A stretch of 64,000 nt of DNA. It comes from a bacterium. Its GTDB lineage: Bacteria; Fidelibacterota; Fidelibacteria; Fidelibacterales; Fidelibacteraceae. Location of the stretch: NCBI GenBank assembly GCA_963676395.1, contig OY781066.1, positions 128,001 through 192,000 of the forward strand, in the 5' to 3' direction. The notes under the pieces were generated by a model. The model had not been told where the DNA came from. It made no database searches and saw nothing but the letters and a program-made list of their open reading frames with translations. Position numbers and translations under genes: made by a program. Positions 9,389-20,171 of this stretch are shown one piece after another; within the stretch, counting starts at the first letter, position 1; each line of letters opens with the position of its first letter.

Positions 9389-9679
9389 CAATTGTTTTAA
9401 TTTGCAACAATTTCGTGGCTTTTTCAATTCATTTTTTATTTTTTTTAAATAAATCGTAAGAAAAATTGGATATTTCTCTAACTATCTTATTATGTGGAAG
9501 AAAGGGCGGCATCCATCCCAAACAAATAAAAATTACAAACATCAATAGAGTGAAAATCATTGATCAATTTCAAACATTCTAATAAATGATAACAAAAACA
9601 GCTTGCAAACACATACTTCTTGCTTTAGCTTGCATGATTATGAACAGCTATATATATAAGGGAAATTTTTAAACATAAC

Positions 9680-11026
9680 ATGAAGACTAAAACACCATCA
9701 AATATCTCCACTACAGAAACTAAAATACATATATTAGACAAGTTTGGTATTGACTCACTTAATCCCATGCAAATAGAAGCTGATACAGCCATTCGTACTG
9801 GTTCTGATGTGATGTTACTTTCTCCCACGGGCACAGGGAAAACCCTGGCATTTCTATTGCCTCTTATTGACTCTCTTGAAAAAGATTATCATGAAATACA
9901 ATTATTAATACTTGTGCCATCGCGTGAGCTTGCCTTGCAAATTGAACAAGTTTGCAGAAATATCGGTTCAGGTTTAAAAGTCAATGCAGTTTTTGGCGGT
10001 CGTTCGCCTTCTTTAGATAAACTAGACCTAAAGCACAGACCTGCTATTCTAATTGCAACGCCCGGACGTTTTGCCGATAGGTTAAGACGTGATGACTTTC
10101 CTTTAGGCAGTATCAACACTGTAGTTTTGGATGAATTCGATAAATCTTTGGAAGTAGGTTTTGAAAAGGAAATGAAAGAGATCATAGAGGAACTTCCCTT
10201 TGTTGACCAACGAATACTCACTTCGGCAACAAGCTATGTAAAAGTTCCGGACTTTGTCGGCTTTGATGATCCTATTGTAATAAATTATTTAAATGAGGAT
10301 AAGTCAAAGCTAAAGGTTAAAACACTTCTTTCGACAGATAAAGATAAGTTAAAATCACTTCAAAAAGCGCTGGCATACATAGGTCCACAACCCGGGATCA
10401 TTTTTTCGAATCATAAAGATGCCTTAAAGCGCATCAGCGGCTTCTTGCAAGAAAATAGCATTGAGCATGAATGCTTTCACGGTGGCATGGAACAGGTCGA
10501 TCGAGAGCGTGCGTTATTAAAATTCAGGAACGGCTCTTCGCGCTTACTCTTGGCAACCGACCTTGCGGCCAGAGGATTGGATATACCTGAGATCAAATTC
10601 ATCCTACATTATCATCTTCCTCTTCACAAGAAGGAATTTACCCACAGAAACGGACGAACCGCCAGAATGGATCGCGACGGTATTGCCTATGTCTTGCATT
10701 GGCAGGAAGACAAGCTCCCCGATTTTATTCAAGAGCTCGAGCCCGAAAGCATACAAGTCGAAGACCAAGCTCCCTCTCCCCTTCCTCTTCCCCAAGAATG
10801 GAAAACGCTGTACATAAGCGGTGGAAGACGAGATAAAATATCCAAAGGTGATATTGCCGGACTTTTCTTTAAGCAAGGTGAGATCAAAAAGCATCAACTT
10901 GGACTCATTGAAGTAAAACAAACGTGCGCATACGCAGCCGTTCATACTGAAATTGCCGAAAAGCTCATAAGTAAAACCAATAATAGCCGACTTAAAAAGA
11001 AAAAGGTAAGAATTACGTTTATTTGA
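9680..11026 (+). CDS. dbpA: DEAD-box RNA helicase with DbpA C-terminal RNA-binding domain
   Basis: SPTGTGKT, PSRELA, DEFD, SAT, HRNGRTAR; C-terminal GRRDKISKGDIAG. Confidence 0.88.
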   Translation: MKTKTPSNISTTETKIHILDKFGIDSLNPMQIEADTAIRTGSDVMLLSPTGTGKTLAFLLPLIDSLEKDYHEIQLLILVPSRELALQIEQVCRNIGSGLKVNAVFGGRSPSLDKLDLKHRPAILIATPGRFADRLRRDDFPLGSINTVVLDEFDKSLEVGFEKEMKEIIEELPFVDQRILTSATSYVKVPDFVGFDDPIVINYLNEDKSKLKVKTLLSTDKDKLKSLQKALAYIGPQPGIIFSNHKDALKRISGFLQENSIEHECFHGGMEQVDRERALLKFRNGSSRLLLATDLAARGLDIPEIKFILHYHLPLHKKEFTHRNGRTARMDRDGIAYVLHWQEDKLPDFIQELEPESIQVEDQAPSPLPLPQEWKTLYISGGRRDKISKGDIAGLFFKQGEIKKHQLGLIEVKQTCAYAAVHTEIAEKLISKTNNSRLKKKKVRITFI

Positions 11027-11072
11027 GGTCATATGACTGTAAATCAAATAAGCAAGTATTCTAAAAATTTAA

Positions 11073-12050
11073 ATGACCCTAGATAAAAAGCAAGACATCG
11101 ATCAGCGTCTACATCCACGCAATAGAAATCGTGAACAATATGATTTAAACGCCCTTGTCCAACACTATCCAAAATTGGAAAAATTCATCATTAAAAATAA
11201 ATTGGGCCTAAAATCACTTAATTTTTCCAATCCTAAAGCTGTCAGACTCCTCAATAAAGCCATTCTACATCATTATTATGGTATAGAGAATTGGGATTTC
11301 CCTCAAAATAACCTATGCCCGGCTATACCCGGACGCGCCGATTACATCCACTATGTTGCCGATTTACTAAGTAAAAGTAACAAAGGTGTTATTCCAAAAG
11401 GTAAAAGCATCACATGCTATGATATAGGTGTCGGGGCAAGTTGCATCTATCCGATCATCGGTGTCGTAGAATATCAATGGAAATTCATCGCCTCCGATAC
11501 TGACAGCAATTCGATCAAATCTGCCAATACCATTGCTAAATTCAATTCCAGCCTAAACAACAAAATCCGATGCCGTCACCAGAAAAATTCAACACATATT
11601 TTCAAGGGAATTATAAAAAGTGACGAATTGATTGATGTAAGCATTTGCAATCCACCTTTTCATGCCTCGGCAGAAGAAGCTCGCAAAAGCTCATATCGCA
11701 AGGTCAAAAACCTCTCCGGTTTCAATGCTAAAAAGCCACCACGTAATTTTGCAGGGATCAGCAATGAATTGATCTATGAAGGTGGAGAAATAAACTTTAT
11801 CTCCAATATGATCAGTGAATCTAAAGACTATGCAAAAAACTGCCTTTGGTTTACCACGATGGTTTCGAAACAATCCAATTTGGATGACATAAACAGAACC
11901 TTGGAAAAAGTCGGTGTCAGTAGAACAGAAACTATCGATATGGGCACCGGTAACAAAACAACACGAATCGTAGCCTGGACCTTTCTTTCGGAAAAAGAAC
12001 AAATAAGCTGGGCCAAAGAGCGTTGGAATAATAAAGCATCCGCTAAATAA
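11073..12050 (+). CDS. rlmF: 23S rRNA (adenine(1618)-N6)-methyltransferase
   Basis: LHPRN, LCPAIPGRADYIH, DIGVGASCIYP, CNPPFH, EGGE, RIVAWTF. Confidence 0.93.
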   Translation: MTLDKKQDIDQRLHPRNRNREQYDLNALVQHYPKLEKFIIKNKLGLKSLNFSNPKAVRLLNKAILHHYYGIENWDFPQNNLCPAIPGRADYIHYVADLLSKSNKGVIPKGKSITCYDIGVGASCIYPIIGVVEYQWKFIASDTDSNSIKSANTIAKFNSSLNNKIRCRHQKNSTHIFKGIIKSDELIDVSICNPPFHASAEEARKSSYRKVKNLSGFNAKKPPRNFAGISNELIYEGGEINFISNMISESKDYAKNCLWFTTMVSKQSNLDDINRTLEKVGVSRTETIDMGTGNKTTRIVAWTFLSEKEQISWAKERWNNKASAK

Positions 12051-12061
12051 AGGATAAACAC

Positions 12062-12532
12062 ATGCCAATGAACAACAATGATATACTAAGACGAGTCCGC
12101 TATTTATTTAATTACAACGATGAAAAAATGATCTCCGTGTTTAAACTTGCGGAATACGACGTCGATAAGGCCATTCTAAGAGCCTGGCACAGGAAAAGCG
12201 ATGATCCACTACTGCTAGAAATGACAGATAAACAATTGGCTACATTCTTGAATGCCTTGATCATTGAAAAACGCGGACGAAAAGACGGTCCACTGCCCAT
12301 TGCCGAAGAAATTATAAACAATAATATCATTCTTAGAAAAATAAAGATCGCCTTGAATTTACAGGCAGAAGATATGCTTGAGATATTCAAACTCGGCGAA
12401 AAACCTATCGGTAAAGCCGAGCTCAGCTCATTCTTCCGCAAGCCAGGACATCGCTCCTATCGACCCTGTTTAGATCAGTATTTGAGAGGGTTTTTGAATG
12501 GATTGCAGAAAAGATTGACGGAGAAAGCATAA
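12062..12532 (+). CDS. DUF1456 family protein (YehS-like)
   Basis: NNDILRRVRY, FLNALIIEKRG, NNNIILRKIKIAL, LSSFFRK..H..YRPC.DQYLR.FL.GL. Confidence 0.88.
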   Translation: MPMNNNDILRRVRYLFNYNDEKMISVFKLAEYDVDKAILRAWHRKSDDPLLLEMTDKQLATFLNALIIEKRGRKDGPLPIAEEIINNNIILRKIKIALNLQAEDMLEIFKLGEKPIGKAELSSFFRKPGHRSYRPCLDQYLRGFLNGLQKRLTEKA

Positions 12533-12660
12533 GCCGTGAGAAATAAGGAAATTTTTTCCTTGTGGTTAAACCCAAAAATTCTGGGAGCTTTTTTCTAAAG
12601 TCAAAACTAATATTCCCACAGAGGCATGTTAATAAATAAACTATTGGTATCGGCAATTCA

Positions 12661-12906
12661 ATGGACAATAAAAGCACGATAAGCCCCAAAAATCCGAACA
12701 ATCCCCTGCATGGGGTAAAATTGGTCAACATGCTTGAAACTCTTGTCAACTATTTCACATGGGATCAATTAGCAATGATGATCAATGTTAACTGCTTCAA
12801 ACATGATCCTTCTATAAAATCTTCTCTCAAATTCCTAAGAAAAACCCCATGGGCTAGAAAAAAAGTAGAACAACTTTATCTCGATTTGACACACAATGAG
12901 CTGTAA
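12661..12906 (+). CDS. VF530/DUF2132 family putative nucleic-acid-binding protein
   Basis: NNPLHGVKL..CF..DPSIKSSLKFLRKTPWARKKVE.LY. Confidence 0.9.
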   Translation: MDNKSTISPKNPNNPLHGVKLVNMLETLVNYFTWDQLAMMINVNCFKHDPSIKSSLKFLRKTPWARKKVEQLYLDLTHNEL

Positions 12907-12972
12907 TTACTAAGCTGCGAACTGTTAATTGCTCCCTCTCCCCCTTATCTCATCTCCCTTCACATCTTTCCT
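12898..12972 (+). repeat. Two adjacent degenerate heptamer arrays
   Basis: AGCTGTA ATTACTA AGCTGCG AACTGTT AATTGCT followed by CT-rich TCCCTCT CCCCCTT ATCTCAT CTCCCTT CACATCT. Confidence 0.45.
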
Positions 12973-13005
12973 GCGGAGGTACATAAAATTCTAGAATCTC
13001 CCTCT

Positions 13006-13033
13006 ATACAGACAACTCGAGAGTTGTCCCTAC
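13006..13033. repeat. REP-like palindrome
   Basis: ATACA GACAACTC GA GAGTTGTC CCTAC. Confidence 0.5.
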
Positions 13034-13063
13034 GATCACATTCATTTCGCATCATTCTTTAGC

Positions 13064-13092
13064 TTGCATCCCCCTCGCATTCAACTTAAATT
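13064..13092 (+). promoter_or_regulatory. Putative sigma70 promoter of proS
   Basis: TTGCAT-17 nt-TAAATT. Confidence 0.55.
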
Positions 13093-13139
13093 ACAAGCTG
13101 TTAGAAATATGAATTATATATAGAATTGAAAGGACAATT

Positions 13140-14570
13140 ATGAGCAAAGGCGTTACACCTCAATCGCAAGATTACGCAAGATGGTACACGGATGTGGTCC
13201 AAAAGGCCGAACTGGCCGATTACTCCCCTGTTAAGGGTTCCATGGTCATCCGTCCCTACGGTTACGCTCTGTGGGAAAACATTAAATCCAACCTTGATCG
13301 CATGTTCAAAGAAACCGGTCACGTTAATGCCTATTTCCCCATGCTCATTCCTGAAAGTTTTCTAAAAAAAGAAGCCGATCATGTGGAAGGTTTTGCTCCG
13401 GAATTGGCTGTTGTCACTCATGGTGGCGGCAAAAAATTAGAAGAACCGCTCGTTATTCGTCCTACTTCCGAAACCATTATCTGGTCGATGTACAAAAAAT
13501 GGATCAAATCCTATCGCGATCTACCACTTCTGATCAATCAATGGGCCAATGTTGTTCGCTGGGAAATGCGTACGCGACTTTTCTTGCGTACCACAGAATT
13601 CCTATGGCAAGAAGGTCATACCGCTCACGCAACTGCAGAAGAAGCGATAGAGGAATCTCATAAAATGATTGGTGTATACAGCGATTTTGCCGAAAATTAC
13701 ATGGCAATGCCTGTGATCGTCGGTACAAAGACCGAAAATGAAAAGTTCGCCGGTGCCGTTGATACCTTTACCATCGAGGCCATGATGGGCGACAAACGTG
13801 CCTTACAGTCCGGAACATCACATTACCTTGGTCAAAACTTTGCCAAGGCTTTTGATGTAACTTTCCAAAATAAAGACAATGAGCAAGAATACGTTTTTGC
13901 CTCATCCTGGGGTGTTTCAACCCGCTTGGTCGGTGCTTTGATCATGACCCACGGTGACGACAAAGGACTTATCCTACCCCCTATGCTGGCTCCTTATCAA
14001 GTTGTGATTGTTCCTATTTATCGTGATGACGAAGCCAAAGCCAAGGTTATGCCTTATGTTAAAGAACTAACTGATTCCATGGATGCTCAAGGTATCCGTT
14101 ATCATATTGATGATCGCGAAACCTTATCACCCGGTTTTAAATTCAACGACTGGGAAATGAAAGGCGTACCGCTACGCGTTGAAGTCGGTCCTCGTGATGT
14201 AGACGGCGGCAAACTGGTCTGTGCCAAACGCCTCACCGGCGACAAAGCCATCATCACAAAAGAAGAATTCACCGAAAGTGTTAAAAGCATATTGGATGAG
14301 ATCCAAACAAGCATGCTTGAAAGCAAAAAAGCCTTCCGCGAAGAAAACACAACAGATATTACTTCTTACGATGAATTAAAAGATGCAACCAAAGATGGCG
14401 GTTTCGCACGTGCTTTCTGGGCAGGCTCGAATGATGATGAAAAACGTATTCAGGAAGAAACTAAAGCCACTATACGCTGTATCCCATTTGAACAACCCGG
14501 TACCGAAGGTGTTTGTTTTTATACCGGTGAAAAAACTACAAAACAGGTTATTTTAGCTAAATCGTATTAA
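13140..14570 (+). CDS. proS: Proline--tRNA ligase (archaeal/eukaryotic-like type, no editing insertion)
   Basis: [30 protein letters not shown]-terminal ATIRCIP..AKSY. Confidence 0.97.
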   Translation: MSKGVTPQSQDYARWYTDVVQKAELADYSPVKGSMVIRPYGYALWENIKSNLDRMFKETGHVNAYFPMLIPESFLKKEADHVEGFAPELAVVTHGGGKKLEEPLVIRPTSETIIWSMYKKWIKSYRDLPLLINQWANVVRWEMRTRLFLRTTEFLWQEGHTAHATAEEAIEESHKMIGVYSDFAENYMAMPVIVGTKTENEKFAGAVDTFTIEAMMGDKRALQSGTSHYLGQNFAKAFDVTFQNKDNEQEYVFASSWGVSTRLVGALIMTHGDDKGLILPPMLAPYQVVIVPIYRDDEAKAKVMPYVKELTDSMDAQGIRYHIDDRETLSPGFKFNDWEMKGVPLRVEVGPRDVDGGKLVCAKRLTGDKAIITKEEFTESVKSILDEIQTSMLESKKAFREENTTDITSYDELKDATKDGGFARAFWAGSNDDEKRIQEETKATIRCIPFEQPGTEGVCFYTGEKTTKQVILAKSY

Positions 14571-14678
14571 CAGAAGCCTGAAGCTATAAGTCAGAAGGCA
14601 GAATATAGAATAATGAAGGCGTGAGAAATTGCGCCTTTTCTTGTAGTAGACAGAAGACAGTAGCCAGTAGTCAGAATA
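14571..14678 (+). repeat. Two heptamer arrays flanking the proS terminator
   Basis: CAGAAGC CTGAAGC TATAAGT CAGAAGG CAGAATA TAGAATA; TAGTAGA CAGAAGA CAGTAGC CAGTAGT CAGAATA. Confidence 0.7.
14616..14642 (+). terminator. Rho-independent terminator of proS
   Basis: AAGGCGTGA-gaaa-TTGCGCCTT-TTCTT. Confidence 0.65.
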
Positions 14679-14683
14679 TGGCT

Positions 14684-14774
14684 GTCATTTCGACCGAGAG
14701 AGGAACGAACGAGTGGAGAAATCTCAGGCAAAAGACTCTCTCGTTTAAAACCTCTTGACTACGCTCGCGATGAC
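14684..14774. repeat. GTCATTTCGAC...GAGAAATCT...CGCTCGCGATGAC palindromic repeat element (MITE/REPIN-like, decayed)
   Basis: Terminal inverted GTCAT/ATGAC; internal GAGTGGAGAAATCT and GACTACGCTCG blocks resemble a widespread intergenic palindrome family. Confidence 0.6.
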
Positions 14775-14866
14775 CCAATGCCTCTACTTTAATCTTTTTA
14801 CTTTACTTTTTTATCTTTAAATTCCTGTCGTATTGCGGACTCAATCTTAACCTTAACAATTAAAAT

Positions 14867-15610
14867 ATGCTCCAAAACACTCAAGCCTTCATCCTTAAAG
14901 TCAACCCCAAAGGGGAAAGCTCGGCTATTTTGCATTGTTATTCCAAGGATATGGGTAAGATCATCCTGATAGCAAAAGGAGCACGATCAAGCAAATCACC
15001 CTATAAAGGTCTGATAGAACCCTTTTCATTGATCAATGTTCATTTCAATGAAAAAAAGGACAGACCCTATCAATTTTTATCCCAAGCTGAATACATTGAA
15101 CCCTATACCAGAGTCAAAACCCATCCCGAAGGTGTGCTCTTTGGCTCCATCATTCTTGAGATACTTTACAAAGAACATGATAGCCACCCTAATGAGCTGA
15201 TCTACAATCTTTTACACTCGGTCATGAATGCCATCGAGCAAGGACATTCGGCGCAGGCCGCCCACTGGTATTTTATTATAAAACATCTTGAGATCGAGGG
15301 GTTAAACTTAAACACTAAGCATTGTTACCATTGCGGAGAAAATATGAAAAAAGCCTATTTTTTCCCCAGAAAAGGCTACAATCTCTGTGAGAAGTGCCGC
15401 GAAGATTTTGCATTAAATTGGGAACTAGATGAGAAACATCTTACTATATTACAGGACTTGAGTTTGCGGTCAGCCAATGACCTGCCTAAAACAATTGACA
15501 AAGATATCGACAAAGAACTGGTCAATCGCGTTTTATGGAATACATTGGCAACAAGATTTGATCATTGCCGAACACTAAAATCGGTAGAAGTACTTCGAAA
15601 AGTCCTTTAG
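14867..15610 (+). CDS. recO: DNA repair protein RecO
   Basis: N-terminal OB fold (GESSAIL..GKI..IAKGAR), CYHC..CEKC zinc finger, C-terminal LKS. Confidence 0.88.
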   Translation: MLQNTQAFILKVNPKGESSAILHCYSKDMGKIILIAKGARSSKSPYKGLIEPFSLINVHFNEKKDRPYQFLSQAEYIEPYTRVKTHPEGVLFGSIILEILYKEHDSHPNELIYNLLHSVMNAIEQGHSAQAAHWYFIIKHLEIEGLNLNTKHCYHCGENMKKAYFFPRKGYNLCEKCREDFALNWELDEKHLTILQDLSLRSANDLPKTIDKDIDKELVNRVLWNTLATRFDHCRTLKSVEVLRKVL

Positions 15611-15654
15611 GGGTAAGGGACAATCAAAAATTGGGCAAGAATAAGGACAAATGA

Positions 15655-16464
15655 ATGAACCAATATAGATTCAATATGAGACGTAGATTAACTCCAGGCA
15701 TACAGGTCTTGATCATTGCTAATGCCATTATATTTTTATTAGGATGGCTTCTGCCTGAATTGAATAAGTACATGGCGATCTACGGTGGATTGGTACCAAA
15801 ATTATTCACCCAAAATTTCTTTTTATGGCAACCGTTTACCTACATGTTCTTGCATGGTAGTTTTACTCATGTACTCTTTAATATGTTTGCTTTATGGATG
15901 TTTGGTACTGAATTGGAGCAAGTTTGGGGGACTAAATTCTTCCTCAAATACTATTTTATCACCGGTATTGCCGCAGGTATTCTTTCCGCTATAGTACAAC
16001 CAAATTCGATGATCCCCATCATTGGAGCATCCGGTGCTATTTACGGACTATTGCTGGCATTTGCCCTTATGTACCCAAATCGTGTCGTTTATTTAAACTT
16101 CCTCATCCCCATCAAAGTTAAATATTTCGTTATGATATTTACAGCAATTGAACTTTTTGCCACCATTGGTCAAAGTGGTGATGGTGTGGCACACTTCACT
16201 CACCTATCCGGTATGATCTTTGGTTATCTTTACCTTCTCTGGCGCGACCGCCGAAGAAAAAAGGGTCCGGCAAAAAAGATCAAAATCATATGGAATTCAA
16301 AAAACAAAGACGTCAACAAGAAAAAAGATAAACCAAAAGTTTATCGCAACGAAAATGAAGAGCTTAAATCACTTCTCAATCGTATCAATACGGATGGTTA
16401 CGCATCATTAAGCGAAAATGAGAAAGAGCGCTTATTGGATTTAACGGATAAATACAAATCGTAA
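15655..16464 (+). CDS. Rhomboid family intramembrane serine protease
   Basis: WQPFTYMFLH, HVLFNM, GASGAIYG, AHFTHLSG. Confidence 0.93.
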   Translation: MNQYRFNMRRRLTPGIQVLIIANAIIFLLGWLLPELNKYMAIYGGLVPKLFTQNFFLWQPFTYMFLHGSFTHVLFNMFALWMFGTELEQVWGTKFFLKYYFITGIAAGILSAIVQPNSMIPIIGASGAIYGLLLAFALMYPNRVVYLNFLIPIKVKYFVMIFTAIELFATIGQSGDGVAHFTHLSGMIFGYLYLLWRDRRRKKGPAKKIKIIWNSKNKDVNKKKDKPKVYRNENEELKSLLNRINTDGYASLSENEKERLLDLTDKYKS

Positions 16465-16493
16465 TACAATTTATTATTAATTAATTCAGAAAT

Positions 16494-16521
16494 ATTGGGA
16501 ACGACCACGACCCTTTCTTAC
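16494..16521. repeat. Decayed REP-like palindrome, homologous to 31814-31841
   Basis: GGAACGACCACGACCCTTTCTTAC vs GGAACGGTCACAACCGTTCCTTAC. Confidence 0.5.
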
Positions 16522-16622
16522 ATTGTTTATGAAACCCATAAACCTTTATTTTTTAACAATTTCCCTTTTATTATTCTTTTTTCTCAATTAATTTATTTCA
16601 CTGAAAATTATTAAGGATTATC

Positions 16623-18005
16623 ATGGCAGAAAAACAAGATATTACTCGAATTCCCCCGCAATCAATCGACTCAGAAAAAGCTGTACTCGGTTCGATGATG
16701 CAAGAAGAAATGGCAGCTTCCCGCGCTATGGAGATCTTGCCTGAAGAGGCTTTTTATATGGATGCGCATCGATATATTTTTCGCGCAATGAAAGATTTGA
16801 ATTCAGAGCATAAGCCAATTGATCAATTAACGGTTGTTGAACAGTTACGACAAATGAAACTTATAGATGATATTGGTGGACCTGCTGTAATTGCCGATTT
16901 AATTAACCGCGTACCGACTGCTGCCAATATTGAATACTATGCCAAGATCGTAAGGGATAAATATACTTTACGAACTATCATTAAAACATCAAATACCATG
17001 ATCGACTCCGCATTTTCCGAAGATGAAAATACGGAAATGATATTGGATAGTGCTCAACAAAAAATCTTTCAATTACGTGAAAGTGCAAGCTCACAAGATT
17101 TTGTTAAAGTCAATACCATCACTCATCCTACCATTGAGCATGTTGAAAAAATGTATGCACATAAAGGTGATATGGTTGGTATCCCAAGTGGATTTAAACT
17201 TTTTGATAATATGACTACCGGTTTTCAGAAATCGGATTTAATAATTATAGCCGCTCGCCCTTCTATGGGAAAAACAGCTTTGGCACTTTCCATGATGCGC
17301 AACATGGCCATAGACCATGGCATTAGTGTCGGTTTTTTCTCTCTTGAAATGTCCCAAGAAGGTATTGCCATGCGACTTTTAAGTATGCAGAGCGGTATCG
17401 ACCACCAAAAATTACGTGCAGGCAAACTACAAAAAAACCAATGGGAATTCTTAACTCAGGCAGCATCTGAGATCAATGATGCCGATATTCACTTTGACTT
17501 TACGGCCAACTTGAATGTTATGGATATGAGATCCCGTGCACGTCGTTTAAAAAGCAAGATCGGAAAACTGGATATTATCTTTGTCGATTATCTTCAGATC
17601 GCCCGCGCAACGGTTCGTGCAAATGATTCGCGTGTTCAAGAGGTTGCTATGATCTCTCAGCAATTAAAAGCACTCGCTAAAGAATTAAAGATCCCCGTTG
17701 TGGCTCTTTCCCAGCTTTCCCGTGCTCCCGAACAACGCGGAAAGGGAGACAGTCGACCAAAGCTATCAGATCTTCGTGACTCCGGTGCTATTGAACAGGA
17801 TGCTGATCTTGTTATGTTTGTACATCGTCAATATTACTATTCCAAAGACCCTGCAGATGAAGGTAAGGCGGAAATGATCATTGCAAAACATCGTAATGGT
17901 CCCACAGGAACCGTTCCCATGACATTTAAAGATCATATTGTACGATTTATGGATGCACCTTTCGAAAACTATTCATCTGATATTGAAGAAGCAGCGGCAT
18001 TTTAA
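16623..18005 (+). CDS. dnaB: Replicative DNA helicase (no intein)
   Basis: ARPSMGKT, FSLEM, VDYLQ, LSQLSR, DLRDSGAIEQDAD, KHRNGPTG. Confidence 0.98.
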   Translation: MAEKQDITRIPPQSIDSEKAVLGSMMQEEMAASRAMEILPEEAFYMDAHRYIFRAMKDLNSEHKPIDQLTVVEQLRQMKLIDDIGGPAVIADLINRVPTAANIEYYAKIVRDKYTLRTIIKTSNTMIDSAFSEDENTEMILDSAQQKIFQLRESASSQDFVKVNTITHPTIEHVEKMYAHKGDMVGIPSGFKLFDNMTTGFQKSDLIIIAARPSMGKTALALSMMRNMAIDHGISVGFFSLEMSQEGIAMRLLSMQSGIDHQKLRAGKLQKNQWEFLTQAASEINDADIHFDFTANLNVMDMRSRARRLKSKIGKLDIIFVDYLQIARATVRANDSRVQEVAMISQQLKALAKELKIPVVALSQLSRAPEQRGKGDSRPKLSDLRDSGAIEQDADLVMFVHRQYYYSKDPADEGKAEMIIAKHRNGPTGTVPMTFKDHIVRFMDAPFENYSSDIEEAAAF

Positions 18006-18010
18006 AACTT

Positions 18011-20158
18011 ATGACGAAAGATCTACCAAAAAAATTTCCTGAAGATTTTCAAATTCTTCTTGATACGGTTAAAAGCTACAACTCTAATGTTGAAGCCGAT
18101 ACCGCACTTCTTTGGAAAGCATATAATTTTTCTAAAGATGCTCATAAAACTCAATTTAGAAAATCGGGCGAACCGTATTTTGTTCACTTATATAATACGG
18201 CTCTTATTCTGGCGGAATTAAACATGGATACCCCGACTATCTGTGCGGGTTTTCTTCATGATGTATTGGAAGACACCAATATTTCAGAAGAGATCATGAC
18301 CAATGAATTTACGCCACAGATCGTTCAATTTGTAAAAGGTGTCACAAAGATCGGTGGCATTAAGTTTCAAAGTGAGCAACAACAGCAAGCGCAAAACTTC
18401 CGCAAAATGTTGCTTAGCGTAGCCGATGATATTCGTGTGATTATTATTAAATTTGCCGATCGGCTCCACAATATGCGGACTTTGGATTATTTACCGGCAA
18501 AAAAACAGCGTCGAATAGCCTTGGAAACTCGTGATGTCTATGCCCCTCTCGCCCATCGTCTCGGTATGTATCGTATCAAAATGGAAATGGAGGATCTTTC
18601 ACTTAAATACTTAGATCCCGAAGTTTACAAAGAATTAAACGAACGTATTACCGCACAGAAAAAACGATCTCAAAAAGATATTGAAGACTTTATTGAAATG
18701 ATCAATGGTTATCTTGCGGAAGAAAAGATTAAAGCCCGTGTTTTTGGTCGAATTAAAAATTTTAATTCTATTTACAATAAAATGGTCCGCCAAAACCGGC
18801 CACTTGAAGAGATCTTTGATATTTTGGCCATACGCGTTGTTGTTGATTCTATCACCCACTGTTATTCGGTTTTGGGTATTGTTCATCAGAATTTTACACC
18901 TATCACAGAACGTTTCAGAGATTTTCTTGCCACGCCGAAGTCTAATGGCTATCAATCCGTACATACTACGGTTATAGGCCCAAAAGGCATTCCTATTGAA
19001 ATTCAGATCAGAACGGAAGAAATGGATAAAACTGCCGAAGTTGGAATTGCCGCACACTGGAAATACAAAGAATCCGGTGAAAGTGATGAACTCGATCGTC
19101 ATATAAAATGGCTACGTGATCTGGTAGAAATGCTCAAAAACGATACTAAAGACGATGAAGAGTTCCTGGAAACCTTAAAGATCGATTTATTTAACGATGA
19201 GATCTTTGTTTTTACACCAAAAGGTGATTTGATTAAATTGCCGCTTAATTCAACTGCATTAGATTTTGCTTTTGCGGTACATACCGAAGTGGGTTTCCGC
19301 TGTATTGGTGCTAAAGTCAACGGTAAGATCGTTTCACTGAATACCAGACTATCAAGTGGTGACCGCATCGAAGTGATCACAGCGAACAATCATAATGTAA
19401 GTTATAACTGGTTACGTTTTGTTACAACTAACAGGGCAAAACATCGTATTCGTAAATGGTTACAACGTCATGAATTCGAACAATCAGTTCGCTTAGGTGA
19501 AGAAATTCTTGAGAAAGGCCTAAGAAAAGCGAAACTGGCATCCAAGATCAAAGATGCCAAAACACGCTTTTCCGATATGGGCTTTGATACCGAACAATTA
19601 TTTTATCAGGCTATTGGTAAGGGTGAATTGACGATAAAACACATCATCAAAGAACTCTACACCGAAGATGAAGAGAAGAAAAAGAAAAACCTGCTGCCCG
19701 AATTAAAACAATTCCGCTCCACTAATGGGATTTCGGTCAGCGGTTATGAAAATATGCTTGTTCAATTGGCTAAATGCTGTAACCCCATTCCCGGTGACGA
19801 GATCATTGGTTTTATTACCCGTGGTCGCGGCATTACCGTGCATCGTCATGATTGCCGTAACATTCCAAATCTTGAAGAAGAAAAAGATCGTTTTATCGAT
19901 GTAAAATGGCATGTTAAAGCGGGTAGAACATTTGTTACGCGCATTAATGTCATTGGTGAAGACAGGCCTAACCTTATCTTTGATGTTTCGCAGATCATTC
20001 ATGATCTTCATACAAACATGTTAAGTATTAATTTTTCAGTCGAAGGTAAGCTGGCCCGCGGACAAGTAGCCGTCATGGTTGAAAGTCTAAAACATGCCGA
20101 ACGTATTATACAAAAATTAAAAAACATCCCCGGAGTATTAACGATTGACAGAACTTAG
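18011..20158 (+). CDS. relA: Bifunctional (p)ppGpp synthetase/hydrolase
   Basis: RKSGEPYFVH, LHDVLED, ADRLHNMRT, TGS, CCNPIPGD and ACT domains. Confidence 0.96.
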   Translation: MTKDLPKKFPEDFQILLDTVKSYNSNVEADTALLWKAYNFSKDAHKTQFRKSGEPYFVHLYNTALILAELNMDTPTICAGFLHDVLEDTNISEEIMTNEFTPQIVQFVKGVTKIGGIKFQSEQQQQAQNFRKMLLSVADDIRVIIIKFADRLHNMRTLDYLPAKKQRRIALETRDVYAPLAHRLGMYRIKMEMEDLSLKYLDPEVYKELNERITAQKKRSQKDIEDFIEMINGYLAEEKIKARVFGRIKNFNSIYNKMVRQNRPLEEIFDILAIRVVVDSITHCYSVLGIVHQNFTPITERFRDFLATPKSNGYQSVHTTVIGPKGIPIEIQIRTEEMDKTAEVGIAAHWKYKESGESDELDRHIKWLRDLVEMLKNDTKDDEEFLETLKIDLFNDEIFVFTPKGDLIKLPLNSTALDFAFAVHTEVGFRCIGAKVNGKIVSLNTRLSSGDRIEVITANNHNVSYNWLRFVTTNRAKHRIRKWLQRHEFEQSVRLGEEILEKGLRKAKLASKIKDAKTRFSDMGFDTEQLFYQAIGKGELTIKHIIKELYTEDEEKKKKNLLPELKQFRSTNGISVSGYENMLVQLAKCCNPIPGDEIIGFITRGRGITVHRHDCRNIPNLEEEKDRFIDVKWHVKAGRTFVTRINVIGEDRPNLIFDVSQIIHDLHTNMLSINFSVEGKLARGQVAVMVESLKHAERIIQKLKNIPGVLTIDRT

Positions 20159-20171
20159 TCAGGAGGCCAAT

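Noticed and set aside
16623..18005. Intein in DnaB (also checked RecA and PolA)
   Set aside because: Lengths are normal and motifs are contiguous.
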